Assembly (NCBI GenBank): GCA_963734955.1 | Contig: CAVTJO010000011.1 | Location: forward strand, 457,698 to 521,697 | DNA length: 64,000 bases | Direction of reading: 5' to 3' | Source: an uncultured Bacteroidota bacterium | Lineage (GTDB): Bacteria > Bacteroidota > Ignavibacteria > UBA10030 > UBA6906 | Shown: positions 1-9,417 of the stretch, in pieces | How positions within the stretch are numbered: position 1 is the first letter of the stretch | How the letters are laid out: each line of letters begins with the position of its first letter | Position numbers and translations under genes: made by a program | Notes under the pieces: model-generated | Told to the model about the DNA's origin: nothing | The model's database searches: none | What the model saw: the letters and a program-made list of their open reading frames with translations, nothing else

Positions 1-1400
1 ACGGCAAATTGCTTCGCATGGGGCTCTTCGTGGCACCCCTCACACTTTGTTGGAGCGAGCTGATACTGCACGATGGTATTCTTGCCGGCGGGCTTGTGGC
101 ACCCTGCACACGCCACCGTTGTATGTTTGCCCACCAATGCAAAGGGCGTACGTGAGTGATCGAAGGATGTTCGTCTCCACTCCTCCGTTGCATGGCACTT
201 CGTGCAGCCAGCCTCTCCCATCAGCACCTTGAACTGCCCTCCGTGAGGGTCCTTATGGCAAGGTTCACACTTGAGTGTCGCGAAATGGAACACGGAACGA
301 TCGGCAGCTGTAGCGTTGTGGCATCGAGCGCATGGTACTGCCCTGTGTGCACCGCGAAGCGGAAAGCGGGTTGCCTCGTGGCGTACAAGCGTAAACGTGG
401 AGGGGCGATAGCCATCTTCAGTATGACACTTCGCGCAATCATTGTCGTACTTCGTCAGGAACTCTCCCAGATGATGGTCTGCGTGGCAATCGGTACACTT
501 GTCATGCGCCATTTTTAGTATCCGACCACTTGGGGATTTCACATCAGCCTTGTGGCATTGCTGGCATTTCACCTCCACATGCTTGCCGCGAAGTTTGAAG
601 TTCGTGAGATCATGATTGAAGCGAGCTTCCTGCACCTCATGCCATCCCGTCGAAACGTGGCATGACGCGCAGCTCTGAGAAGAGAACTTTGCAGGATGAT
701 GCGAAGAGTGGCACGGGGTGCAATCCGCGAAACTCCTTGTGCCAAGAATCGATGTCTTCGAGACATTGCCAGCGGAGGGCTGGTTATGGCATTTGTCACA
801 CGCGACATCCTTATGCTTTCCTATCAATGCAAATTTTGTCCGGGAGTGATCGAAATTGGACGCGGGTTTCCAGGCCGTGGTCGTATGGCAGGAATTGCAG
901 TCGGTGCCCAACGTACCCTTATGGTGATCCTCATGGCACGAAACACAGGCTTCGCTTAACCCCAGGATTGTTTTCACACCCTTCTTCGCTATCTCGGGAT
1001 CTTTGATGAATTTTGCAGTATGACAGTCATTGCACCCCTTCGTCGTATGTTTTCCTGTCAACACGAATCCGGTCTTTGAGTGGTCGAACCGCGAGCGATC
1101 GAACACAGTGATTTGTGCGTTTCGTCCCAGGTGCTCCTTATGACATGTCACACAGTTGTCCGCCGAAACTGCGAAGTGGTAGCCGTGTTTCAGGTCGAGC
1201 TCCTTTTTGATTTCCTTGTGACATGTCAGGCACTTTGTTCCGCTGATTTCCTTGCCCACCTCGTGGCAATCGGCGCAATGACTTATCCCTTCCAACTTTT
1301 GATGCGCGCGGGCCAGTTCGCCCGGTGAGAATTGCGCGTGCGCAATCTCCACCTGGCAGGCAAGTGCTGCCACAAACAGCACCAGTAAACGCATCTGCAT
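1..1400 (-). CDS. Multiheme c-type cytochrome (c7/c3-like polymer), 17 CxxCH motifs, N-terminal signal peptide; 3' end truncated by window edge
   Basis: Hand translation of the minus strand from the ATG at 1400 gives MQMRLLVLFVAALACQVEIAHA (signal peptide), then 17 CxxCH motifs (CADCH, CLTCH, CVTCH, CNDCH, ... CEGCH) in about 466 aa with no stop down to position 1. The repeated module 'FDHS(K/R)T.F.L.GKH....C..CH' resembles tandem cytochrome c7 domains. The gene is absent from the ORF track, probably because it runs off the window edge. Confidence 0.8.
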   Translation of the reverse strand, partial: MQMRLLVLFVAALACQVEIAHAQFSPGELARAHQKLEGISHCADCHEVGKEISGTKCLTCHKEIKKELDLKHGYHFAVSADNCVTCHKEHLGRNAQITVFDRSRFDHSKTGFVLTGKHTTKGCNDCHTAKFIKDPEIAKKGVKTILGLSEACVSCHEDHHKGTLGTDCNSCHTTTAWKPASNFDHSRTKFALIGKHKDVACDKCHNQPSAGNVSKTSILGTRSFADCTPCHSSHHPAKFSSQSCASCHVSTGWHEVQEARFNHDLTNFKLRGKHVEVKCQQCHKADVKSPSGRILKMAHDKCTDCHADHHLGEFLTKYDNDCAKCHTEDGYRPSTFTLVRHEATRFPLRGAHRAVPCARCHNATAADRSVFHFATLKCEPCHKDPHGGQFKVLMGEAGCTKCHATEEWRRTSFDHSRTPFALVGKHTTVACAGCHKPAGKNTIVQYQLAPTKCEGCHEEPHAKQFA

Positions 1401-1413
1401 AAAGACAATTACC

Positions 1414-2013
1414 TCACAGTGAAGGATTCTTCCCCGTGAGCAGCTTGAGATTCTCCCCCGCCTTCCTGGCTAGCTCATCATGAGGATGGGAAGAGATGAG
1501 CTTTCTCCAGTAGTACAGGGCCGAGTCGCTCATTCCCCTATTGCCGTAGATTGCTCCAACGTTATAGAGTGCGTGAGCATTCGATGCGTCCTGTTGCAAT
1601 ACCTTCACATTCTGTTGGAATGCTTCCTGCTCTTTTCCAGATTGATACAGGCAAAGGGAATAATCCACCCGCGCAGCAATATTCTTCGGATCGGCCTGCA
1701 ATCCTATTGCATAGTATTTGAGCGCTCCAGACGTATCATGCCCATCCTGCAACGTCCGTGCAAGCTCGAACGCCGACGTCGCATTTGACGGATGCTTTGC
1801 AACAACGTCCTTAAGATGGTTGATACGCTCCTCTACCTGCTTGCTGACATTGCTCTTTGATGGTGCCGGAGCCACAGGCGAGGTCGAAGCCACCTTTGCA
1901 GGTGTTGCCACCGGCGTCCACTGAAGTGCAACCGTGGTAAGGGCAATGCCCAGCACAAGTGCCACAGATAACGTGACCTTGGTATTCAGGCTGACGTTGT
2001 TCAGAAAATCCAT
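1414..2013 (-). CDS. Membrane-anchored TPR-repeat protein (CcmI/NrfG-like apocytochrome chaperone candidate)
   Basis: 199 aa. The N-terminus has one hydrophobic anchor (VTLSVALVLGIALTTVALQW) followed by TPR-like repeats (ALKYYAIGLQADPKN..., ALYNVGAIYGNRGMSDSALYYWRKL). It sits directly upstream of, and co-oriented with, the multiheme cytochrome. Confidence 0.55.
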   Translation of the reverse strand: MDFLNNVSLNTKVTLSVALVLGIALTTVALQWTPVATPAKVASTSPVAPAPSKSNVSKQVEERINHLKDVVAKHPSNATSAFELARTLQDGHDTSGALKYYAIGLQADPKNIAARVDYSLCLYQSGKEQEAFQQNVKVLQQDASNAHALYNVGAIYGNRGMSDSALYYWRKLISSHPHDELARKAGENLKLLTGKNPSL

Positions 2014-2861
2014 CGATACCCCAGCAGAACTGTAACGGCAATATGCGCAGCCAACGTAACAAACATAATGACGGTAAAGGGGATGTGAATTGCATGCCAG
2101 TAATAAAAGAGCTTGCCCGCCTGGTTCAACACAAGCGACTTTTGAATCAGCGATGCGAATGCCGTCGCTGTTGTCTGCAACTCCCTCGCAGCCTGATGAG
2201 AGCGCACGTTTGCAGCGATGAGCGCATGCACCTGCCTGCGAATGGCTCGACGAAGCGAAGCGAGCTTGAAGAATGTGCCGATGGCTTCCCCTATCGTTTT
2301 CGGCCTTTGCATCGACTCGAAACTTTTGAAGATTGTCTTGATGAGCCGGTCTCCGATCGGGCTGCTCGAAAGTTTCGCACTCAACTTGTCCATTTCGCTG
2401 GTAATCTGCCCTGCCGTGAGCTCGTTACCCTGAATATTCTTCGGGATCTGCGTATATAAAAAACGTCCGACTACCCCACTGGAGGCCACGGAGATCATCG
2501 TCCACAGACTGATCGCTGCTATGCCTCCCGCCTTGAATGTCGTGTGAAATACAACCAGCAAGGGCCCCAGAAGGCAAAGAAATATGTGAACCTCGAGCCA
2601 TCGCGACAGTTTGCCAAGATTCCAGAGCGCCTTGGCACGTTTCCTTGTGGAGTACATTGAAACGCCGACGATGATCATCGACGCTCCGACGATCCCCAAG
2701 CCGTGACTATAGTCTCCCGATGGCTTCATGGTTTCGTAGTCTCCACGAAACTGGCGAAGGTGAAGCGGGGTAACATAGTAGCCGAACCCGTGCAACGAGA
2801 CGGCAAGCACTGCCGTGAGGCTCGTGAATACAAGAAACACAATGAAAACCCTATGCGCCAT
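2001..2861 (-). CDS. Integral membrane protein with conserved His in transmembrane helices (possible b-type cytochrome / DUF4405-like)
   Basis: 286 aa with about 5 predicted TM helices, several carrying His pairs (HIFLCLLGPLLVVFH; YYWHAIHIPF; AAHIAVT). There are no CxxCH motifs. It overlaps the TPR gene by 13 nt, so they are likely co-transcribed. Confidence 0.4.
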   Translation of the reverse strand: MAHRVFIVFLVFTSLTAVLAVSLHGFGYYVTPLHLRQFRGDYETMKPSGDYSHGLGIVGASMIIVGVSMYSTRKRAKALWNLGKLSRWLEVHIFLCLLGPLLVVFHTTFKAGGIAAISLWTMISVASSGVVGRFLYTQIPKNIQGNELTAGQITSEMDKLSAKLSSSPIGDRLIKTIFKSFESMQRPKTIGEAIGTFFKLASLRRAIRRQVHALIAANVRSHQAARELQTTATAFASLIQKSLVLNQAGKLFYYWHAIHIPFTVIMFVTLAAHIAVTVLLGYRWIF

Positions 2862-3159
2862 TGCTCTCCAGAAAATATGACACCAAAGCTAACGAATTGC
2901 ATCAACTTGCACAATGCCGCCATCGCTAGTCCCCTCCATAACAGCAACCGGGTTTCCGGGACGAAATGCCGCGGGTCCTCCCGGCAAAAACATACTTTTA
3001 AATCCGAGTAGAGGCAATACCATATTTGTGGTACGCTGCATCTTTGTGAAAGTCGTGCACAGGTTGATTCGGCAGGAGGGGCGAAGATGAGTCACTTTTA
3101 CTTCCGCGGGCGAAAGAAATACCTCATCGGGAGTTCACTTGGACTTGCAGCACAGGATC

Positions 3160-5690
3160 TTATTTGACGACGACCATTTTCTTTGTGTCGACATACTTTC
3201 CGGCTCTCAACCGGTAGAAGTACAATCCGCTCGCCGTACCGCCAGCGTTCCATCGCACTGAATGCAGTCCCGATACCATCTCGTTGTTTATCAACGTCGC
3301 TACCTCCTCTCCAAGTATGTTGTATACACTTAACATGATGTGGCCGGCCCTGGCAACGGAAAACCGGATGGTTGTGGTGGGATTGAATGGATTGGGATAG
3401 TTCTGGCTCAACGAGTAATTGATTGGAGCGCGAGGGGGGTTGACCTCAGATGATTGTGAAGATATCCCAACTTTCATTCCTGCACCAAAGCTCGATACCC
3501 ATATTTCGGATGGCGTGAATGGATTGAAGAAGACTCGCTCGGGTTGACGGAATACGTATGAATCGACTAGATCAAACGATGGGCTCACGGTGTTGATATC
3601 TGCGCTTCGCCATAGACCATTTGTTTCGGTGGTAACATAGAGCTCGTTCATATTGAGGGGATTGAATGTGCACGAGGTAACACGGTCGAGGCTGTTAATG
3701 CGAGTCCAAAGAACCCCGCGGTTCGTTGTTCTGTACAATCCTCCGAGGCCATTCGGTGAGCCTCCCCACCCGCTGAAGACACCAACATACCAAGTGTTCT
3801 GGTTCGGATCATTCGCATCGACGACGATATCTTTCGTCCAGTACCGCATGCCGTTGTCACTTCGATCGATCCAGCTGGATCCATGATCGGTACTTACGAA
3901 TACACCGGAACTGGCCGTGAACGTCCCGCTTGAGTTCCGTCGTCCGGAAAAAGTGCAAACGACTGTGCCATCATTCAACACTATAATAGACGCTGGATGC
4001 CCTTCAGTTCTTGGAGGAACCGTGACGCGGTTCCAGGTCGAAAGAGAGTCATTTTGAATATTGTTCGAAACGAATATCCCACCTTGCGTCGAGTGAATGA
4101 CACTAGCGTACATCCTGTTCGCATCTGTCGGATCAACCGCAACCCAGAATACAGGATGACCGAACGAATGAAGAAGCCACCATGCCGCCCCACCATTTGT
4201 TGAATAGATGATCTTTCCCTCAGCGTCATTTGCATCAAGGATGTTATCCTGAAGCCGGGTGCTCTGATACATATCGTGGATATTGGAAGTTGCAGCATAC
4301 AGCTTTCCCGTGGACGGGTGTCTGACAATCCTGTACATCGTGTTGGCAGCATGACCGGTGTAGTTGAACGACCAACTGTTGCCACCATCCGTACTCCGCA
4401 CACCCTTGATGTCGGAGAAGCATGCGAACATGTTCTGCGTGTCGAGCCAGAACAACTGCCAGCACGTGGTGTTCTCCAATCCTATGCTGTGATATGCCTT
4501 CCTGGGTGGAGTATTCGAACCGGCCGGATTCTGATCCGCTGAAGCCACATACGCCTGCCGCCAACCCGTTCCGCCGTTGGTGGATACGATGAACAAATCC
4601 GAAATCCGAGAACACAATTCTGGATGGATCATCAGCTGAAACCGTGATTCCAAACGGACATTCAGCATATCCCCAACCGCGGTCGCCGCCGGTGCCACAC
4701 CAACCTGTTGCGATATTCTGGTTGTTGGAGACGTTGAACGTGTGCGTCCAGCTCGACTCCCGCATTCGTTGTCTTCATGATGTTCGGCACGCCGGATGTA
4801 TTGCTGCCGCCGAGATACACCGTGTTGATATCGTTGGACGCCATTGTCACAAGCATCAGGTAATCCGTCCCGACTGAAATCCCCGTCATCCGGGGAGTCC
4901 AATTGCCGGAACCATAGTCAAGCGAATAGACACCACGCAAGAAGTCCCAGTAGTCCGACGCGGGCATGCCGGCATAGATGCTGCTCGCCGTTCCGGTCAG
5001 ACAGAACAGGCGGGTTGTTGTGCCTTGCCGTGCACCCGCAAAGGAGAAGATCGCCTCGCCAGATGCAATTCCGGTTACCGTGCTTGTGGTGAATGAGCTC
5101 CCACCATTCGTTGAAATCAGAAGACCGTCATTCGTTCCAATAAAGATGTTGTTCCCATCGAAGAAGACACCTCCCACGACAATTCCCGCACCACTGTTGA
5201 GCGCATGATGAACTGCGGAAAAGGCCCTTCCACTGTCTGCCGAAAAGTAGAGATCACCGTAGTATGATATCAGAACCCGCGCCGGTAAGTTGTAATCGAC
5301 ATTGGTGCTGAATGTCTCCTCCGAAGGATCGGGATTACCGGGAAGCACATTCCAACTGGACCCGCCGTCTGTACTTCGGACCGGCAAGGCAAGATCATTC
5401 GCGTAGCTTATACAATAGAGAAGGTTGGGGCTGACAGTGAATTGTACCCTGGAGTTGTGCCCGCCTTGAATCGACTGAAAAGGTACGGTTGAGAACGACA
5501 GGCCGAAATCGGTTGTGTGGAACAGCTCGCTCATATCGCAGCTGACATAGAACTCATCGGGACGTGCCGGATTGATGCTTGGAGCAAAGAGCGCTCCACC
5601 GCCGCCAACACCGCGGGATGACCATTGCGTCGGTTGAGAGAAGGCTGCACACACCGCGGTAAGAGCTGTAAACAGAATTGCCCACCTCAT
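3160..5690 (-). CDS. T9SS-secreted BNR/Asp-box repeat (sialidase-like) protein, interrupted by two apparent 1-nt frameshifts
   Basis: ORF 4662..5690 has a signal peptide (MRWAILFTALTAVCAAFSQ) and BNR motifs (STDGGSSW, STNGGSSF). ORF 3160..4902 has BNR motifs (STNGGTGW, STDGGNSW, STNGGAAW, STDHGSSW) and the T9SS C-terminal domain (NYPNPFNPTTTIRFSV...KMVVVK). The two ORFs overlap over 4662..4902 in different frames. A third frame (ORF 4244..4765) carries the bridging sequence: 'TTNAGV|SWTHTF' restores a BNR motif if one G near 4755 is removed. Confidence 0.6.
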
Positions 5691-5706
5691 ACCAATCCCT
5701 CACTCA

Positions 5707-8658
5707 CTATTTTAGCAAAAGAAGTTTTCGCGTTTCGGTATACTCTCCGGCCTTTAATCTGTAGAAGTATACACCGCTCGCCAAACCTCCGGCATTCCAC
5801 TGTGCGATGTATGTTCCCGCGACCTTCTCTTCATTTACCAGCGTTGCCACTTCCTGGCCGAGAGCATTGAAGACCTTAAGCTCAACGTGACCGTTCCTCG
5901 GAAGTGCAAACCGGATCATCGTACTCGGGTTGAACGGGTTGGGATAGTTCTGAGAAAGCGAGAAGGCTTCGGGGATCTCTCCGCCTTCATCCCGTACCGA
6001 GGTTTCAATCTGGCGATACTTGATGGTCTTAAACACGCTCGATGCACCATTTTGCAGCACTGCACCAACATAGACATCTCCCTGGTTGGAGATAGCGATT
6101 GGATACTGATACCAGGAGTTGGCACCGTTGTCCTCAAAACCGGTGGACCATCTCTGTACTCCATCCGGACTGAATGCCCGAGTCTGATATTCCACAATAG
6201 ACGGCGTGATATGAATGCCGGCGATATAGGCGTTCCCGGAATTATCCAGCGCCATGTACGATCCGAGGCAATCCGTGATGATGAGATTCCAAAGAATCGC
6301 TCCACCATTGCTGATCCTGGCAAGCCCACCGGATGAGTTTCGGACAAGGACATTCTCCGAGGGATCGAGGGCGATTGAGTTGCCTGCAAGCGGAACGGAC
6401 CAGACACTCGTTCCGGCAGGATTGAGCTTTCTCGTTGATCCTGTATCGGACGTTATATACACGTTGCAGGCATGGTCAACCGAAAGTGCGGATGCGCCGC
6501 CGGGATATACCCATCGTAAATTTCCATCCTCGTCGTACTTCACAACCCTGCGACCTCCGGCAACGATAACGTTGTTCGAATCATCCACTGCAAGCGCGGT
6601 CGTACCTTCTCCCTGGGTTGAATCAAATGTGGCCATCCACAATTGGTCCCCTGTGGGGCCGTACTTAATTGTTACGTACTGCAACAGCCCGGGAAAAAGC
6701 TGTTGATAGCCGGTGACCAAGACGTTTTCACTCTGGTCAAATTCCATGTCAATACCATAGACGAGAGCACCATGTCTGCTTCCATAGGTTGCGGCCCAGA
6801 CTTGCTGGCCAAGAGGGTCGTACTTCACCATCGTAAACAGAGGAGCGTTGCCATCCCAAGCCACCGAGTCTCCGTTTGCAAGGACATAGAGGTTCCCTGA
6901 ACGGTCGATTCTCAGGGCGCAGGGAACATTGAATGACTGCGAGAAACCACTGTAGCGGGCAAGCCATTCAATGGTTCCTTCTGGGTTGTACTTGATGGTC
7001 AAGATATCGCTGGCCCAAGGTGCGGTGATGCTTGTGCCTGTGACGTAGACGTTGTTTGAATCGTCCACCACCATTGCATACACCTGATCCCATGAACGAG
7101 TGCATTCCCTCGTGTGGATCCAGTTTCGGACTCCGTTCGATGCATACTTCAGCATGAGCATATCGGTCGCCTGCTCTCCACCTCTTCCTCCGACGATGTA
7201 GAGATTACCCGTAGGATCGCACACGATTTTGTTTGCGGCAAGACCGTTATAGTAAGGGGTTTCGTAACGAGTGTCATACGATGCCCTCCACTCCTCGTCA
7301 CCGGAGGCGGAGAACAATGCCGTGACGATTGCATAGTATTTTTCGTATCCATAAGATGGTGCTGCCGCCCAGGTAACATATGGCGAGCCGGTCGGGTCCA
7401 GGGCGACATCGACAGGCACCATACGGTCAGTGTCATTGGTAACCGATGTCCATTGGAGCTGACCGCCTGGACCATACTTGCATAGGGACAGAGAATCGGC
7501 TCCATAGGACCACCAGTATCCGCCAAACAATCCGACCACATAGATATTCCCTGCATGATCGGTCGCTGTGCGCATACCAACAGTACCTTGAGTGTGAGGC
7601 CCAGAGTCAAAAGTTGACCATTGCAAAATCCCGGCCCAGTTGTACTTCATCGTCAGAGATCTGAAGTTGTTGTTCCACCAATAATTGTGCGCGCTCTGAA
7701 CATATCCCGTGATCACGACATTGTCTGAATCATCAAGTGAGAAATCAGACGGAATGGCTGAAAGAGTATCATCTGGCGTATACGTGACTGTCCATTGCCG
7801 CCCCCCCGAGGAGGAATACTTCAGAATAACAGTCGAATAGAGCGAGAAACTGGCGCCTATTGAATCGCAACTCTTTCCAACGACGTACACATCTCCACCG
7901 TTGCTGCACGCGATCCCGATTGGCTGATCATTAAACTGCGCTGCACCCGCGTATCTATCCACCCACTGCTCCACACCATTATTGTCATACTTCACGGTGG
8001 CAAAGTCATAGTTGTTACCCAACCCCATCATCCGGGCGCTTTCACCGGTAACATACACGTTACCATTCCGATCAATCGCAATCGCAATGGGAACATCCCC
8101 GGCATTCCCCGTCCCGTTGTATCGCGCAACCCATTGTTCCTGCCCCGCGCCATTGTACTTGACGGTGGCATAGTCAAACCCGTATTCACCACTGCTCACT
8201 CCGGTCACGTACACATTCCCGGCATCGTCCACAACAATTGCGTTCGCCGCGTCGAAGTCGTGTGCAGGTCCGTCATATGCCGCAGACCATATCTCGACAC
8301 CTGCAGAATTGTATTTTATTGTGAGATAGTCATAGGAGCTCATCGGACTCTCGGCCTTGCCAGCAACATAAATATTCCCCTGAGGATCGACAGCGACCGC
8401 AGTTGCTTCGGCATGTCCCTTCAAAGCAGATGAAGAGTAATATTTCACCCATTCCGCCTGCGCGCTATCGAGGACGGAATACTGGCTTCCTGGAAGCTGT
8501 ATTCGGCTCGACGAGGTGGAGAATGACCTATCAGCTGGCAAACTTTTGGACTGGCGCTTCAAACTTGTTTGCCCAAACGAAGCACAAACAGCGACCGAGA
8601 GAAAGACGCCGGTCAGGAAAGAGCAAACAGAAACGTCCACAAAGCTCTTGCAGTTCAT
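5707..8658 (-). CDS. T9SS-secreted SBBP beta-propeller repeat protein
   Basis: 983 aa with a signal peptide and many 'GN(V/I)YV(T/A)G' repeats (PQGNIYVAG, AGNVYVTG, NGNVYVTG, ...). It ends in the Por C-terminal sorting domain (NYPNPFNPSTMIRFALP...LLLLK). Confidence 0.75.
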   Translation of the reverse strand: MNCKSFVDVSVCSFLTGVFLSVAVCASFGQTSLKRQSKSLPADRSFSTSSSRIQLPGSQYSVLDSAQAEWVKYYSSSALKGHAEATAVAVDPQGNIYVAGKAESPMSSYDYLTIKYNSAGVEIWSAAYDGPAHDFDAANAIVVDDAGNVYVTGVSSGEYGFDYATVKYNGAGQEQWVARYNGTGNAGDVPIAIAIDRNGNVYVTGESARMMGLGNNYDFATVKYDNNGVEQWVDRYAGAAQFNDQPIGIACSNGGDVYVVGKSCDSIGASFSLYSTVILKYSSSGGRQWTVTYTPDDTLSAIPSDFSLDDSDNVVITGYVQSAHNYWWNNNFRSLTMKYNWAGILQWSTFDSGPHTQGTVGMRTATDHAGNIYVVGLFGGYWWSYGADSLSLCKYGPGGQLQWTSVTNDTDRMVPVDVALDPTGSPYVTWAAAPSYGYEKYYAIVTALFSASGDEEWRASYDTRYETPYYNGLAANKIVCDPTGNLYIVGGRGGEQATDMLMLKYASNGVRNWIHTRECTRSWDQVYAMVVDDSNNVYVTGTSITAPWASDILTIKYNPEGTIEWLARYSGFSQSFNVPCALRIDRSGNLYVLANGDSVAWDGNAPLFTMVKYDPLGQQVWAATYGSRHGALVYGIDMEFDQSENVLVTGYQQLFPGLLQYVTIKYGPTGDQLWMATFDSTQGEGTTALAVDDSNNVIVAGGRRVVKYDEDGNLRWVYPGGASALSVDHACNVYITSDTGSTRKLNPAGTSVWSVPLAGNSIALDPSENVLVRNSSGGLARISNGGAILWNLIITDCLGSYMALDNSGNAYIAGIHITPSIVEYQTRAFSPDGVQRWSTGFEDNGANSWYQYPIAISNQGDVYVGAVLQNGASSVFKTIKYRQIETSVRDEGGEIPEAFSLSQNYPNPFNPSTMIRFALPRNGHVELKVFNALGQEVATLVNEEKVAGTYIAQWNAGGLASGVYFYRLKAGEYTETRKLLLLK

Positions 8659-8914
8659 GTCAGGACTCCCACCATGTTGTACACTTCAGGAGTTGCTGCA
8701 ATCAATGTGCCTTGAGCGCCATCACCGAGCATGGGGGAAAAGAGCAAGTCCAACGGAGTCCCAAGTCAGACTTACCTATGTCGCGACACTATTTTACTGT
8801 TGAAATTCCAATCATCTCCACAGAACCTTCAAACTCACGCGCTTTTCCGATAGCGTGACTTGGCACAATCTTCGCCCCATTGAGGTGATAGAGTAAGGAC
8901 ATTTAGAGGATGAG

Positions 8915-9301
8915 ATGATAAGACGATGTTTTCTCTCGACCTGCGTTGCATTGGTTGTAATGGTCTTTCAGGACGGAAGCTCATTTGCGGGTGACAACAC
9001 TTCTCAAGTATCACGTCTTGTTGTTCAAACCGATCTCCTTGGTCTTGCCTTCCGTGCACAGCAATTCTATTTGGCACCGACTTCGAGGGGAGGTGGTGGT
9101 AAGTCCTTCTACGGAATGTATTCTATGGCGCAATTAACGTCGAAGCCAATCACTTCAAATGGAACATACTCGGTTATCACCACCGGTTACACATATCTTG
9201 TCCTTCACGGACAAGGGGTGGAGGGTGGAAATGACGGAGCCCCTATCAGCATTGATGCGATAGTGTATCCGGATAGCGTCGCGTTCACGTTCAACAATTA
9301 G
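8915..9301 (+). CDS. Small secreted/anchored protein, pseudopilin-like; paralog of 55558..55947
   Basis: 128 aa with a hydrophobic N-terminus, then 'DLLGLAFRAQQFY...GGGGKSF...SKP..SNGTYS...VL.G.G.EGG.DG...S......DS.A...NN'. The motif layout is conserved with the ORF at 55558..55947. Confidence 0.4.
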   Translation: MIRRCFLSTCVALVVMVFQDGSSFAGDNTSQVSRLVVQTDLLGLAFRAQQFYLAPTSRGGGGKSFYGMYSMAQLTSKPITSNGTYSVITTGYTYLVLHGQGVEGGNDGAPISIDAIVYPDSVAFTFNN

Positions 9302-9324
9302 GCCCAATCAAAAAACACTTCGTC

Positions 9325-9356
9325 CCGCTTGCTCTCGCTTGCGGGACGAAATGCGT
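9325..9356 (+). terminator. Hairpin downstream of the small gene at 8915..9301 (putative terminator)
   Basis: The sequence tcgtcccgc-ttgctctcgcttgc-gggacgaa forms a stem cgtcccgc/gcgggacg and is followed by a T-containing tract (aaatgcgtttctcc). Confidence 0.3.
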
Positions 9357-9417
9357 TTCTCCCGTTCACACTCCGATCACTTTCTCCCTCCCTGAGGAAC
9401 CGGAGAGAAACACCGCA

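Noticed and set aside
47-1328. Several short plus- and minus-strand ORFs from the track (47..232, 156..518, 221..442-, 569..808-, 662..1006, 1080..1328)
   Set aside because: All lie inside the long minus-strand multiheme cytochrome frame. That frame has 17 CxxCH motifs and a signal peptide, whereas these ORFs have no motifs and are alternative-frame noise. While translating by hand I thought I saw a frameshift near 1300. It was my own mis-blocking of the sequence. The cytochrome frame is continuous from 1400 to 1.
5887-8433. Multiple 100-160-aa ORFs on both strands inside 5707..8658 (e.g. 5887..6336, 5916..6407, 7114..7485, 7149..7610)
   Set aside because: They are embedded in the long SBBP-repeat T9SS gene. 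The GC-rich repetitive coding sequence generates open alternative frames, and none has features of its own.
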